In this document: positions 13,485 to 26,238 of the stretch, in pieces
Layout: each line of letters starts with the position of its first letter
Numbering within the stretch: position 1 is the stretch's first letter
Source: Moniliella sp. 'wahieum'
Taxonomy: Eukaryota
Direction: 5' to 3'
Assembly: GCA_003971905.1 (NCBI GenBank)
Contig: RSEE01000122.1
Location: 62,001 to 126,000, forward strand
Length of the DNA stretch: 64,000 nt
The notes under the pieces: model-generated
The model's database searches: none
Told to the model about the DNA's origin: nothing
Seen by the model: the letters and a program-made list of their open reading frames with translations, nothing else
Made by a program: the position numbers and the translations under genes

Positions 13485-14398
13485 ATGGCAGCACCACAAC
13501 ACGTCGTTTTGCTTGGCCCACAGGATGCGCTGGCGCATGCCGCCCACTTCTGGACCCTCCCCCACCCCCGCGCAGGGGCGGGGCGTACTTCCTGCCCTCG
13601 GAGGGCAAACTGTACGAACTCCAGACCCTTCGCAACGACCGCGTACCCCAAAGTCTGTTTCTTGGCCCACCTCTGCAACAGCACCTCGCTGGTCAAGCAG
13701 AAAAAGGGGCGGTGTGCAACACTGTAATCAAGGGTACGTCCATGTTCTCCACTCCCATCCTGGTTCTGGGAACACAAACTCACAAGCAGACGCAGATGGT
13801 GCCCTCCACCTTCTCTCCCCTCTCGACCCTTTCTTCCTCGTTCTGGGACTCATCACACCGATCTTTGCAGTGGGTCCTCTTTTCCTTTCTGCTGGCGATC
13901 GCATGGCATGCTGACCACCAATGTGCCCAGGACGAGCGCTCTTTCATTACGCTCGAAGATCTGTTTGAACGCGTTGCGGCTCACTTTGCCCCGCCCGAGT
14001 GGGAAGATGTTGCCTCCTTTTCGGAATCTTCCTTGGCTCAGGAGGGGTTGGCGCGCACCTGTGATACTCAAGGTACGTCTTGCTCCAACAGAAGGACCAA
14101 CCATTCCTGCGCGCTCGGACTGACACCTCTCTCAGATCTCGGGGACGGGACGATGGTTTACCACTTGAGCCGGGACAAGGTTCTTGCCACGTTGCAAGCC
14201 AAGGTCGATCGTCTGGCCACCGCCGAAAAATTCGCCCAGGCACCCGATACGCTTGGCCGCGCATTTTATCGTCTATCCGACGGCGAGCACCCAGAGAAGG
14301 ACCAAACTGCCCGACGATCAGTTGTCCTCTCTACATTGGCTACCTGGCTTACTGATCAGTGGGTCGAAGCTCTGCGGGAGCACCTTGGGATGGCCTAG
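13485..14398 (+). CDS. RNH202: Ribonuclease H2 subunit B (Ydr279/Rnh202 family)
   Basis: LPHPR, YELQ...SLFL, VIKDGALHLLSPLDPFFLVLG, FITLEDL, YHLSRDKVLATLQAKV; introns 13734-13795, 13870-13930, 14073-14135. Confidence 0.75.
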
Positions 14399-14565
14399 CT
14401 AGTTGACCGGTGACTCCTCCTACGTCCTTCGTCCCGTTTTTGTCTGCCCATTCCCGTCCTCTACGCCAGCGCAGCTACATCCGCCAAGCCACGAGCTCAA
14501 ATACAATGTACTCGGAGATCGATCAGTGTGTCTGTTCCACCGGCCCGCCAAGGGCGCCGACAAAG

Positions 14566-14917
14566 TTAGCGGAACGCACCGTTTTGCTGCGCTGCACCAC
14601 CCATGGCCTGCATTTTTTCCCCGACTTTTTGGTTGACAACAAAAAACTTGGCCACGCAACGGTCAATGCAGTTGCTCTCGCCAGCGGTCAACTCGCCCTC
14701 AGTGTACCGTGGTGAAATGCACTTGGCATGGCAAGAAGAGACGAGCTTGTTGAACGTATCGGTGATCATGTCGAGCTAGGGAGGCAGGGCAGGGAGGCAG
14801 AACTCAATTAGTCCAAGCATTTGGCAGCGGAGCCAACAAACGACGTACCTCGGCCGTGGCCATCTCGAGATGCGGGTTGGGAGCGGCAGCTCCGCTGCTT
14901 CCGCCAAGGCCAAACAT
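14566..14917 (-). CDS. TIM10: Mitochondrial intermembrane-space chaperone Tim10
   Basis: [21 protein letters not shown]...[19 protein letters not shown] twin CX3C; intron 14776-14848. Confidence 0.95.
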
Positions 14918-17900
14918 GGGCGGGAGAGGTGGGGAAAAGGTGGTGGACAGGTCGTGCGAAAAGGGACAGGTTAGCGTCCCCAGCCGCCACAGCGTCACCC
15001 AAGTCAAATGTCACTCCGCTTCCCGCTTCCCGCTTCCCGCTTCCCGATCCTAATGAGAAGAGAGGGCTTAGCTCGGCATTCCGCCCTGGTTCCGCCCGGG
15101 GTAAATTGGGACGCTGGACAACGAGTACTGAGTACCGCAGTAGTCGAGGCCGATCGGAACCTCTGCTGGAGTGGATCTGCCGGAGCAAACATCTGGCGCG
15201 CGCCCCGAACAGGTGCATGGCACCGTTCGTTGTAATCCTCTGGGACACGTCTTGCTCAGCGCCTTGGCGCTCAGTTCGGGGGACTTCCAGCTGATCCTCA
15301 AGTCCATATGTGCACGTGAGACGCCCTCGAGATGAAACTCTCTCGTTTCGTTCCTCCCCGTGACTGGGCCCCCTTTCCGTACTGTTGCGCATCAGTACTT
15401 TCTGGCAGCCTTGCTCTATCATGCACTTCTTGGTGCAGACGTGCTGAATACTATATGCCCATACGTTGACACAGTCCCCGAGCTAGGAACGGCCAGATCC
15501 TTGTCGGTAAGAGATTGTTGTACCACATCGTTCTTGGTCCTTGGCTGCTCAAACTGCGGCAGGGACAGTGCCCGGGCACCTCAAAAAGCTCTTCCTGCAC
15601 AGATCGTCCTCCTCGAATTGGTTCACCTCGATGATCCCGGCCCTTGACTTCGGGAGAGCAATCCCCTTCAGGGATGAGCGAGTGTGGATGGGCGGGTTCT
15701 CAACATGCTTCTCGAACTTGATCATGTCGGCGACAGAAGAGCAGCACAGTTGTTGGATGATGGAAGAGTCCATAGCCCCCGTCGTGGCGCGTGATAACGT
15801 GATCCACCTGCCTCTCGAGGTTCGCTTGGATCTGTACGTTGCTTCACTGAACCCACTGTGAGCACATGCAGAACCAGGTAATCGCCGCCGTTCAGGAAAT
15901 TAGCACGGCATATACGACACGCAGGGATATACTAGTAACGAGGGCACGGGCAGCGAGGTGGTTTCCAACGAGCCGGCCTGCCCCCTGGTGCTTTCCCGTA
16001 GTCGAGCAAGACTGCCCTAGTACGCGCCACAGACCAGATGCTGTGGTAGTGAGCCTAAGGGGAGAGTGAGCAACGTGGCGAATACCTACCAAGTCCGGCT
16101 ACCCCGTTGTGGATGGTAAGCTATATAACTGGCTGTACCACCTAGTAAGGCGCTCAGGCTTGCTCAGGCCGTTGTGCACACGTCACTGATGGCGCAACGG
16201 GGCATGAGGTGCAGAATATACACACCTCCACTTTGGAGGGCCTTAGGGCATTAGCCGGATCAGCATTCAGTCTGAGCACTGAGTGCCACCCTCTTATCGG
16301 AGGTTTTCCCAGCGTGGTTTTGAGTTGTTATTGTGGCACAGACTATCATACTATCAACGTATCGTGGCAGACTGCGGGGATCGATGGTGCATCTCATTAT
16401 GTAGATGGAGAATGTGTTGATTCCTTTCAGCGCCTCTTGGCAAGGTGCCTGTCAATAAGCATGCCCAGCTGTGTTCATCGCTCCAAGCCGATCCGAGCCA
16501 GCGTAGGTCGGCGCTCGGTGAAAAGCTTCAACGCTGAACGTGCTGAACTGTTGGCTGATCATGAAGCTTGTTGAGGGATGGTGATCGATGACTAGTTATC
16601 CGCAGTGGGTTGAGTGTTGAGTTGGCTAGCTGAGAACGTGTTGGGAGGGGAGACAGAAGGAGAAGACGATTGTTGTCATCGTATATTGCCAGTCAACATT
16701 CAATTGAATATTCAACCAAAGGCGAATACAAGCAAAGAACTTTGCACTCACAACTCTCACGGACGGTTGTGAAGGAGATTTGGTATGAACACTTATTAGC
16801 TTGAGAATGTACCAAGTCCGCACTTTTGGAACGCTGTGTGGCAAAATAGGATTGTGTGCCCTCCCGCGCGTCCGAACCAATAGAAGAGCTTGACCTGTGA
16901 ACGCGTGAACGGGGCCAGTGAACACCATCGTGCAAACTCGGTTGGCCCAGTGGATTGGCGGGTCTGACCACCGACCTCGTTGAGCCTTAAACCTTAGCGC
17001 ATGTGCTTTACGGCATCTTCAGTACTCACTTTTACTCCATCTGCTTCCATGCTATAGGTACTCTCAGTGTACTCTTCACTCATCCTGATGGTACAAATTC
17101 AGTCGCTATTATTTCGCGACGTTAACGCGTTGACGTTCGCGTTGACGTTCAACAACTTTTTAAACGTTTAACGCGTCATCAACGTCAACGTTAGTACATA
17201 GGTAACGCCAGTTAAGTACCGAATATCGACCGCGTCCCAGTTTCGAACAGAGACGCCGCCGACCCACCTTGGCCAAAGCAAACCGGGCTGTCGCGCGAAA
17301 TTGAGATTCTCAGATGAGATGGAAAAGATGAGTACTCGATGAGTATACTCAACTGAGTGACTAGTGATTAGTGATTAGTGATCATTGATCATCGCAGTGT
17401 GGGTCTGAGTGGGCCTGAGCACCTGAGCACCTGAGCGCCCGAATCGCCTGGCCGAGCTCAGCTGAATGGAGTGCTGAGGTCAGCTCCTGCGCTCAGCAGC
17501 TGAGATCTAAGAGGCGGCGCGAGAAGGTGCTGGGCCGGGGCAAACGAGCATAGTAGGTGGGCGGAGGTGGTTAGATGAAATCGGCCAACTTGAGGTGTCG
17601 GCGCCCGTTTCCAAACGCAGGAGAGGGGGGATTATCGATTAACGATTAACACGTTAACGATTAGGCGAGCGGTGAGCGGTGAGCGGCTAAACCTCAGCGT
17701 CAGCCCTCCTCTTAGAGTGAGAGCTGTTGGGCTGAGATTCTGAGGTCTGGGACACTGGGACGTGCGCTGCTGGGGCGGGTCGAGCGAGGGCAGGGTACGT
17801 TGCCAGGTACTAAGTACTAACTAGGTAGAGAGAGATATCTGGTGTGGTTATGCGTGTTATGACCTCAGCTGGGCGAGTTTGGATCGGGCCCGCACCACGA

Positions 17901-18237
17901 CAGTGCTGTCCGGCTGGGGGGGCAAGGCTGCCCCCCGCCTCTGTTGCGAGGGCGTAACTTCCTCGCTTGGCGGCAGTGTGTGGCGCGGCGTGACCAGCGC
18001 CGTTGTTTCTCCCATCTCGGATCTCAGCTCAGGCTGAGTATGCAGAACTCAGAACTCTGACTGGGAACTGGGAACGGGGCAAGAGTTTTGAGGCTCAGGC
18101 ACTCGGTCGATGGTCGATGGTAGATGGTCGATGTCGTTGAGCGCAACGAGGGGCACGAGATGCAATGCGAGCAAGCAAGCAGGCTCGATCGCTCCCAGCA
18201 CCGCTGTTGGGGCTTGAGAGCTTGAGGGCGCTCCGAC

Positions 18238-18245
18238 TATATAAA
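18238..18245 (+). promoter_or_regulatory. TATA box of FBA1
   Basis: TATATAAA about 120 nt upstream of the ATG, followed by a pyrimidine-rich leader. Confidence 0.6.
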
Positions 18246-18361
18246 TAGCTATTGCCGCCAGCGTCCCGATACGCTTTGGCCACCACAGCTTTTCCAGCTT
18301 TCCTTCTCCCTTCTGCCACCTCGCTTTCTCCACTACCCACTCACACTTCCACCTTCACACC

Positions 18362-19435
18362 ATGGGTCTTCTCGACATTGTTCCCGCTGGCGTCGTGCAG
18401 GGCAAGGACGTGTACAAGGTGTTTGACTATGCGCGCGAGCACCACTTTGCCATTCCCTCTTTCAACGTCACGTCGCAGCACGGCGGTGGCTGTGATGGAG
18501 GCTGCGCGCGACGCCAAGGCGCCCGTGATGGTGCAGGTGTCCAATGGCGGTGCCGCCTACTGGGCCGGCAAGGGCATCGACAACAAGCAACAGAAAGCTT
18601 CGATCGAAGGAGCGATTGCGGCTGCGCACTATGTGCGCACTATTGCTCCGTTGTAGGTATCCCGGTCATCATGCACTCGGACCACTGTGCCAGGAAACTG
18701 CTGCCTTGGTTCGACGGTATGCTCGAGGCTGACAAGGCGTACTACAAGGACCATGGTATCCCGCTCTTCTCGTCCCACATGCTCGACTTGTCCGAGGAGT
18801 CGAAGGAGGACAACATCCAGATCTGCAAGAAGTACCTTAAGGAGATGGCTCCCATGGGCATCTGGCTCGAGATGGAATTCGGTATCACGGGTGGCGAAGA
18901 GGATGGCGTCAACAACGAAGGCGCAGCTAAAGATAGCCTCTTCACCTCCCCTCAAGACATTTGGGACATTTACCGTGAATTCTCCGAGATCACACCTAAC
19001 TTTTCCATCGCCGCTGCATTTGGGAACTGCCACGGATCCTACCAGGTCGGCAGCGTCGTTCTCCGCCCCGACATTCTCCGCGACCACCAAGAGTACGTCA
19101 AGAAGCAGACTGGTTCCACCAAGGAGAACCCGGTCTTCCTTGTCTTCCATGGCGGATCGGGATCGACCAAGCAAGAAATCTACACTGCCGTCAAGAATGG
19201 TGTGGTTAAGATGAACGTCGACACGGACACGCAGTTTGCCTACCTCGAAGGTATCCGCGACTATGTCTTCAACAAGAAGGCCTACCTCCAACACCAGGTG
19301 GGCAACCCCGAGGGCGCCGATAAGCCCAACAAGAAGTTCTACGACCCGCGCGTGTGGGTGCGCGAGGGCGAGAAGACCATGTCCAAGCGCGTCCACGAGG
19401 CACTGGAGGACTTGCACACGGTCAACACGCTTTAA
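18362..19435 (+). CDS. FBA1: Class II fructose-bisphosphate aldolase
   Basis: FAIPSFNVTS, MHSDHCARKLLPWFDGM, FSSHMLDLSEE, EMEFGITGGEEDGV, FHGGSGS, KMNVDTDTQ, DPRVWVREGEK; compensating indels near 18478 and 18655. Confidence 0.97.
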   Translation: MGLLDIVPAGVVQGKDVYKVFDYAREHHFAIPSFNVTSQHGGGCDGGCARRQGARDGAGVQWRCRLLGRQGHRQQATESFDRRSDCGCALCAHYCSVVGIPVIMHSDHCARKLLPWFDGMLEADKAYYKDHGIPLFSSHMLDLSEESKEDNIQICKKYLKEMAPMGIWLEMEFGITGGEEDGVNNEGAAKDSLFTSPQDIWDIYREFSEITPNFSIAAAFGNCHGSYQVGSVVLRPDILRDHQEYVKKQTGSTKENPVFLVFHGGSGSTKQEIYTAVKNGVVKMNVDTDTQFAYLEGIRDYVFNKKAYLQHQVGNPEGADKPNKKFYDPRVWVREGEKTMSKRVHEALEDLHTVNTL

Positions 19436-20160
19436 CTCTCTCCACCCTTTTCCTCACCGCACATTCGAAGGAGAGGTAAGGTTTGATGCTCGGTTCTACG
19501 CCATCATGTTTTACGCCCCGTGCGCGTGCGCTGCCGCGCTTGTTTTCTAATACCACCTTTTCATCTCATCCCCTTGAAACTTGACTCGGCTATACCGTAG
19601 CGTGCTGCTGATAGTCGTGATCTGCATTCGTACGTGGTTATTGATCGCTGGGGTCGGCTCGAGGCAGGGTGACTTGCTGCGTTTGATACTTGGATCGGTA
19701 GCTGGCTCTCACGCAACTTTCCCTGCATCTCATCTGCATAGCATCCCTTTCGGATTAAGGTTTTTATTAGGTGAGCCGTACGTGCAAGCCCCTGCGCGGC
19801 GCAGGGATAGGCAACCCCGTTGGCTCGGTCTATGCATTGCGTCAAACGGTGAATTAATAGCGAGGGGGAGCACAGCGGTTTTGGTACGCGGACAGGACTG
19901 CATTTTCGTCGAATGAATGAAAGAGAGGAACTGAGGAACTGAGGAACTGAGGAACAGGGGAACAGAGGAACAGGGGAGAAGGGGGACAGGGGGAGACGTG
20001 GTAAAAGATAGTGTCCTGTTCGGGGGGGGAGGCAGGGTGAGAATGAGAGTAAAAGATGAGAGAGGAAACAGATGACAGCCACGCAAGGCAGAGCTCACGG
20101 TGTGAGCCAGAGGAGAGGAGAGAGGAGGGAAGCGAGAAGCGAGGTGAGCGATTACGCAGG

Positions 20161-22063
20161 TTACGCCACGGTCGTTCGACGTGGCGGCGGGGCCTTGGGC
20201 AACCCATTCAACCTAGGTCCGCCGCGGTTTGTCCCCATGTTCCACCGCTTTGGCGTACCAGGTTCGTGCGGCGCTCGGGTCCCGCGCGTCCCAATCCCAT
20301 TTTCATAAAAGTAGCCTAGGGCGTACTCGGCCTTGGCCAGGCCTTGGTCGGCAGCCCGCTGGGCCCAGAGGAAGGCCTCGGTATCACTTTGTGGCAAGAC
20401 GCCAGGGATGCCAACCAGGTACCATGCCGTCAAGGCAAAGCAGGCGTCTTTGTGGTTTTGCTGCGCGGCAATGTTGTACATGTGCACACTCAAGCCCCAT
20501 CCACCATACAGCCCATCTTGCCATACTCGTAATTGTACCCCAACTTGTACGCGCTTGGCGCGTAGCCCAACTCGGCCGCGCGCGCTAGCAATTCACATGC
20601 ATGATCGTGGTCCGGAAACACCACTCCCGAAATCCCACGGTCGTGAATGAGCGCCAGCTCATGAAGCGCTTGAGGCCACTCAGTCGTAGCTACTTGCGCG
20701 GACAATTTGAGAAACTTGATGCCTTCTTTAGCGTTTTTGCGTCGCCCCAGCTCGCCATTCAACTCGGCCGTGCCCAATCGATAGAGTGCACCGGGGTGAC
20801 CTTGCGCACCGGCCTTGCGCAGCCACTGGAGCGCTTTGGAATTGTCCTTGATGCACCCCCACCCTTTCTCGTAGCACCGCCCAGCTTTGTACGCCGCATC
20901 CGCATGCCCATGTTTCGCCGCCAACACGTACTGCGCGTGCGCACGCGACATGCCCGCCTTGCCCTCCCGCCCTACCCCGGCAGCCATGCACTCGGCCAGG
21001 TAGTACTGCGCACCCACATGGCCACGGTCAGCGATCTTGCGTAGCATCCCAAAGCTTTCGTGGTACAGTGCCTTGCGTTCCTTGGGGTCCAGCGTCATGT
21101 CTTCTCGCACCTGCGCCGCTTCCACCATAAACACCGCTAGCTCATTACCGTTTGTGGGTCGGTGGCCCGACGTGCATTGGCACGGTACAGTTCGAGTGTC
21201 TTGCCATGCGACAGCAGCGCCAAGTCCTCCCCAGATGGAGAGGGTATTGTCAAAGCCGGCGGCACTGGACGCAGAGGCCGAGAGGAACGAGGCAGGCCGG
21301 TTGGAAGCATTCGATCCAAAGATCGAAGGCGGCGCCGACATGCAGAAGCCTTGGTACTGGGAGAAACGGGAAGCGAGCCTTCGGAGCTGGTCGCACGCAG
21401 TTGGCCCCACCCGGCCGCGTCAGGCGCGAGCGACAGACGCCCCTTGCCGGCGGCCAGCTGACGCGTGCTGAGGCTAGGGGTAAACGGGGCCAAGGCCGAA
21501 AGGGAGGACGGCGGCTCGAGCGGGTGGTGGGCGGGAGCGTCCCCGACCGAGGCGCGCGGGGAAGAAGACATGGGTTGCTTGCCGTTGCGAATGGAGCTGT
21601 GGGAACTGTTGCGGGGCAGGACCATAAAGTAGGGCTGGGGGGGCACGACGGGTTCAGGGTGGGGGGGCAGCTGGGAGGCCGTGTCGGAGTGGCTGGCGTC
21701 GGACGGGGCGGAGCGGGGCGCAGAGCGTTTGGGGCGGAAGGAGGCGAGGCTGGCGATGCTCATGCGGGTGCTGAAGGAGCGGAGGAGGGAGGAGGCGCGG
21801 CGGGAGCGGCGGAGGCGGGCGGTGGGGGTGGGGAGGTCCGGGAGCGAGTCGGGGAGGAGAGGCTGGGGGGGCATGGGGACGGGGACGGGGAGGGGGGGGG
21901 AGGAGGAGGGGGGGCGAGGGGAGGCCGGCGGCAGAGGCGGAGGAGGCGGGGGTGGTGGCGGTGCGGGACTCGGCAGAGGCGGTGGTGTGGGCGTGGAGGA
22001 GGGGGTGCCGAGCTCGTCGCTGGGGCGGCGGACCAAGCCTCGTCGTGGGGGGGGAGGGCGCAT
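20161..22063 (-). CDS. Sel1-repeat protein, Chs4/Skt5-like chitin synthase activator family
   Basis: KTLELYRANARRATDP, AAKHGHADAAYKAGRCYEKGWGC, ALYRLGTAELNGELG, SAYKLGYNYEYG, ACFALTAWYLVG...LPQSDTEAFLWA; Pro-rich N-terminus; several frameshifts; no clear CAAX end. Confidence 0.85.
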
Positions 22064-23395
22064 GGTGGTGGTGGGGTGGTGGGGGGTGCGGGTGGGCTGG
22101 ATGCGCAGGGCAGGGCAGGGCAGGTGTGGGTGGGAGCTGCTGCTGCGCTGAGCTGCTGAGCTGAGTACTTGCTGTACGGGGTGCTAAGTACAGGGCCTAC
22201 GGCCTTAGCCTAAGGGTTAAGCGCCGCCCGAATTCAGTGCGTCTGAAATCAGCCGCCGCCGCCCAGTGCCGCCAGCGACCGCAGCGCCCGCTCGGCGCCA
22301 GCGTCTGCGCCCGCGGATCAGAGCCGATCAGGTGCTCGGCGCGCGCGGGGGCCGCGGGGGCAGTGCGCGGGCAATGGCGTCACCAACGCAGGGGCGGGCT
22401 GCCCGGGTGCTGCAGGGGCGCTGCAGGGGCGCTGCACGGGGCTGCCCGCGGCTGCACGTGCGCTCGCGGCACTAGCCCAGTGGGTCGCTGCACGGGGGCA
22501 GGGCCGCAGCGGGAAGCGAGAATCGTCGACTGCCCCTCAGCATGCAGTTACATGATACAGCCGGCCCATGCCGGGCAGCGGCAGGATCAGCACGGAGCAG
22601 CTCCCTCCCCCACTCGTGCCCCTTGCCCCCGTGTGGACATGCTCCCCCCCATGTCGATCCGCAGTCACCGGAGCCTCGAAGGGATGACAATGACGATGAC
22701 CAAACCGTTCCTCACACCCACGCCCACGGCCACTGGGCGCACCTGCCCACGTGCTTGCCGCAGTGCCAGCGCAGCCTCAAACACACCGCACGCCCCGCCG
22801 CCTCGGACCGCGTGGCCAGTGTCTTTCTGTCGTCATCGAGTCATCGCGCAGCTGTGCCTAGGCGCCCCACCGGTCACCGCGACCAGTGTGTTTGGGAGCA
22901 CCACCAGCTGTGACACTGTCACAGCCGAATCACGTTCCGCGTTCCCCATCACATGTCACACCCCATGCGTCCCATGTCACACCAACATACATCACGTGAC
23001 GCCTGGTGCGCGACGCAAACGGACGGCAGCCAACCCTAGTCTGGCGCTGCGGCACCCAAAAATCGACGATGGCACAGGGGGAGTACAGCCTGCCTCGCCC
23101 CGGCGCAGTTTCGCGCAACCCTACCTTCCCCCCCGCTGCGCCCGCGGCCCGCCCGCCGGGTTACGCAGATCCAGCGAGTTGGCTTGGCTTCGCTCGAACT
23201 CCACCAGCCCACCTCCACCCGCTTCAGCACGGTACGTTGCCTTGGTCCCTCTAGCCCCTGCCCCTTTTGTCTGGCTGCCATGCGAGCGCATGCGCTCCGT
23301 CTCGTTGCTGCGCCTGCCTCTCCTCTCCTTCCCCAGGTCGCTCCAGTTTGGACTAACCTCCCCCCCTGCCTTGGCTTGTCTTGCTGCCGCGACAG

Positions 23396-23731
23396 ATGGT
23401 CCAGCGCGTGACGCTCCGCAAGCAAAACCCGTACAACACCAAGTCGAACCGCCGCACGGTGGTCAAGACCCCCGGTGGTAAGGTTGTGACGAAGCACTTG
23501 AAGAAGCTCGCTGCGAGTCCCAAGTGCGGTGACTGCCACGCTCCCCTGGCCGGCATCAAGAGCCTGCGTCCGCGCGAATTCGCCACCGTGTCCAAGCGCC
23601 AAAAGCACGTGTCGCGCGCGTAGCGGCAGCCGGTGCGGCGCCTGCGTTCGTACCCGTATCGTTCGCGCTTCTTGGTTGAGGAAGCCAAGATTGTCAAGCA
23701 GGTCCTCAAGAACTCTGAAAAGAGCAAGTAA
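23396..23731 (+). CDS. RPL34: 60S ribosomal protein L34 (eL34)
   Basis: MVQRVTLRKQNPYNTKSNRRTVVKTPGG...SPKCGDC...SRCGACVRTRIVRA...EEAKIVKQVLK; 5'UTR intron 23232-23395 ends just before the ATG; small deletions near 23622 and 23670. Confidence 0.96.
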
Positions 23732-24167
23732 TCGTCTTTCGTTGATCTCTTGCCTTTTGGCTTGCTCGTTCTTGTTCCCCTTCCTTTGATGTGTGGGTTC
23801 CCGGCGGGACTTGCGGCCAGGCTGCGCTGGCGTTCCCCGCGAATGGCGACGCGGCGCAGGGGTTGTGGTCTGCGTGGCGCCGGATAGTAGCTGGCCCTGA
23901 CGCTGGGGAGGAGAATGTTATGCCTATGCGCGAACCATCTGGATCTTTGGTCAAAAGATACGTTCATTGTCTGGGAGATGGCACGGGTAGGATGGGAATG
24001 GGAAGGGATGGGGATGGGTGGGCCGGCCTGGAAAAGAGAGGTGGACAGCAGCAGAAGCCCGAGGGAAGATGGATGGTCTGTGTTTTGGGAAAGTCCTCAG
24101 CTAGGCAAAGAACTGGAAATAATTAACCTTCAGATACAGGGGAAACCCAGTTTGTTTCTTTCAACAA

Positions 24168-24264
24168 GGCAATGTGCCCGAGCGGTTAAGGGGATTGATT
24201 AGAACAGCAATGTCTAACCATCAATTAGGCTCTGCCTGCACAGGTTCGAATCCTGTCATTGTCG
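24168..24264 (+). tRNA. tRNA-Ser(AGA) with 15-nt intron (24205-24219)
   Basis: Acceptor stem GGCAATG/CATTGTC, anticodon arm ATTGA-TT-AGA-A..A-TCAAT, long variable arm, GGTTCGAATCC, downstream T-run terminator. Confidence 0.96.
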
Positions 24265-24484
24265 AATTTTTTTTGCTTGGAGGACAGGAGGTTGCGGCTC
24301 AGCTTGCCCCCCTCCCTAACATGAAACAGACGGTGAGCTATGTGGATCTTGCGTCCGAAGGCTTGATGGGCCAGAGGCAGGAGAGCATGGAAATGCGTTC
24401 ATCGAAACAAGGTCAAATGCGGGCTTGAGAAAGAGAAAGTCAAGGGGACGGGAGGGGAGGGGGGGGGGCGTCAGTCTGTCTTCC

Positions 24485-25835
24485 TCAGCTTTTCAGCGCC
24501 AATACGTCACGCCCCCCGGCCCAATTGAGCATCGAGGTGGAGCAGGAGCGGACGACGAATGCCCAAGGCAGCCAAGAGGAAAGTATGGCGGATTTCATTC
24601 GGGACGGGGTACGCTGCGCGCGTGGCCCTGCGCCTGTGCCTGCGCCTGCGCCTGCGCCGCAAGGGGGGCGGGCGCGGGCGCGGGGAGAGGATGACCCACC
24701 ACGGCAGGCAAGACCAAGCGTACCAGGTGACGTACCAAGCCCACCACCACAGGCGGCACGTACGATGCCACGTACCATGCCCATGCTACCGTTGTGCCCA
24801 CGAGCCAGATCCCTGCCTCGCCCAATAGCAACGGAGGTACCAGCCACGGTGCCCCGCGCGGCACGCCCATCGGTGGCGTTAACGACCAGACACGGAACGT
24901 ACTACTGACCACCGTCCCGCCCGCCGTGTGGAACAGCAGGCGAAAGTACCCGTCCCCCGCGCTCGCTGGCACACGGATCAGGTGCGTCGCAACGGGCACA
25001 AGCGGTTGCGGTGGTGCAGATGCGAGGCCGAAGGAGAATCCGAATGCGAATGCGAAGGTGAATGAGAACGAGGATGAGAATGAGAATGCAAATGGGAATG
25101 AGAACGAGACTGAGACTGGGCCCAGCGACGCGCAAAGTGGTCCGATTGCAGTTCGTACATGGCCAACTGCTCTGGGGGAACGAGGTGCGGGTACCCACAC
25201 GGGTTGTGCGGGTTGGGTCGGTGGGATCATGTGCATGTGCATGTGCATGTGCGTCGACGAACGTACCCTGCGGCGGGTTGGGACGATTGCCCGTCCGCGG
25301 GCGGGGACGTGTACGTGGTGCGGGGGGCGGCGTGCGTTCGGAGTGGTTCGATCCGCGCCGACGTCGGTCGGGCGAAGTGAGCAGGTCGGGAGATAGGACG
25401 GACCGTTGGCTAGTGGACGAGGGTCTCCGTGCCTTTGGCGAGGTGGGGCGGACCTGCGCCGCAGTTCAGGCGAGGGGGGGGGGAGAAGTGCGACGCCGGA
25501 GCTCGACCCAGTTCCGTAGAAGGCGTCACGTCCCACTGGTCTCGGGCGGGAGGTAAGGTGCCAAGCCACGCAGCTCGCCAGCCGCGCTTGATCAGCGTCA
25601 CATGCACACGCGACGGCGTAAGCGCGTACCAAGGTACACGCAGAATCGTGATGGCAACGTAAGTGTCCGGGCCGTGGTAGAGCACGCACGGCGGGCCATG
25701 CAGCAGCGCGACCAGCGGACCAGGCTCGGAGGCAGGCCAGATGGGCAGCAGACGCAGCAGCTCCTGCTGCGCGCGGTGCAGGTGCGAGACGAGCGTGTGC
25801 ACATGGCGCGTCCAGGACGCGCGGTGGGCATCCAT
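24485..25835 (-). CDS. Hypothetical low-complexity protein
   Basis: ATG at 25835 (MDAHRASWTRHVHTLVSHL...) followed by overlapping minus ORFs; no recognisable domain. Confidence 0.3.
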
Positions 25836-26238
25836 CGTGCGGTGGTGGGGCGGTGGTGCGTGTGGTGGCGGCAGGGGCGGCACGGAATGGGGATCGGGGC
25901 GCGGGGTGGGCGCATGGGAAGAGGGTGGGGTAAACGCTGGCCAAGGGGCTTGGCTGAGGGCTGACGTCAGCGGTCGTGGTCAGCTGAGCAGATTGAACAT
26001 TGCACAGTGCAGTGCGCATTTACCCTGAGATCCTGAGTAACTAGTAACTAGTAACCCTGCGTACTGTGTTGCGTCTCGCTGGGGAGGGTGAGCGTCACGC
26101 GTCACGCTCGCCTTTCAGGCCAATCAGCATCGGGCTAACTAACTAGCAACCCCCCGCCACGCCGCCCTGGCCCGTCCTCGCCATCCGCATCGACACCGCC
26201 TCTGCCGCCGCCGCCGCCTCCCCACCGCCTCCCACGCC

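Noticed and set aside
15100..17000. Short ORFs, one faintly F-box-like (IHLPLEVRLDLY)
   Set aside because: Too short and interrupted to support a call
19560..19920. Hairpins (CCCTGCG/CGCAGGG; GCAGGG/CCCTGC) with possible H and ACA boxes
   Set aside because: Box spacing does not fit H/ACA geometry and no target was found; probably convergent 3' UTR sequence
23615..23630. In-frame TAG in RPL34 as stop readthrough or codon reassignment
   Set aside because: The conserved SRAYGGSRC is restored by a small insertion and the frame also shifts here; TAG is used as a normal stop elsewhere (pirin, AAD, COX4)
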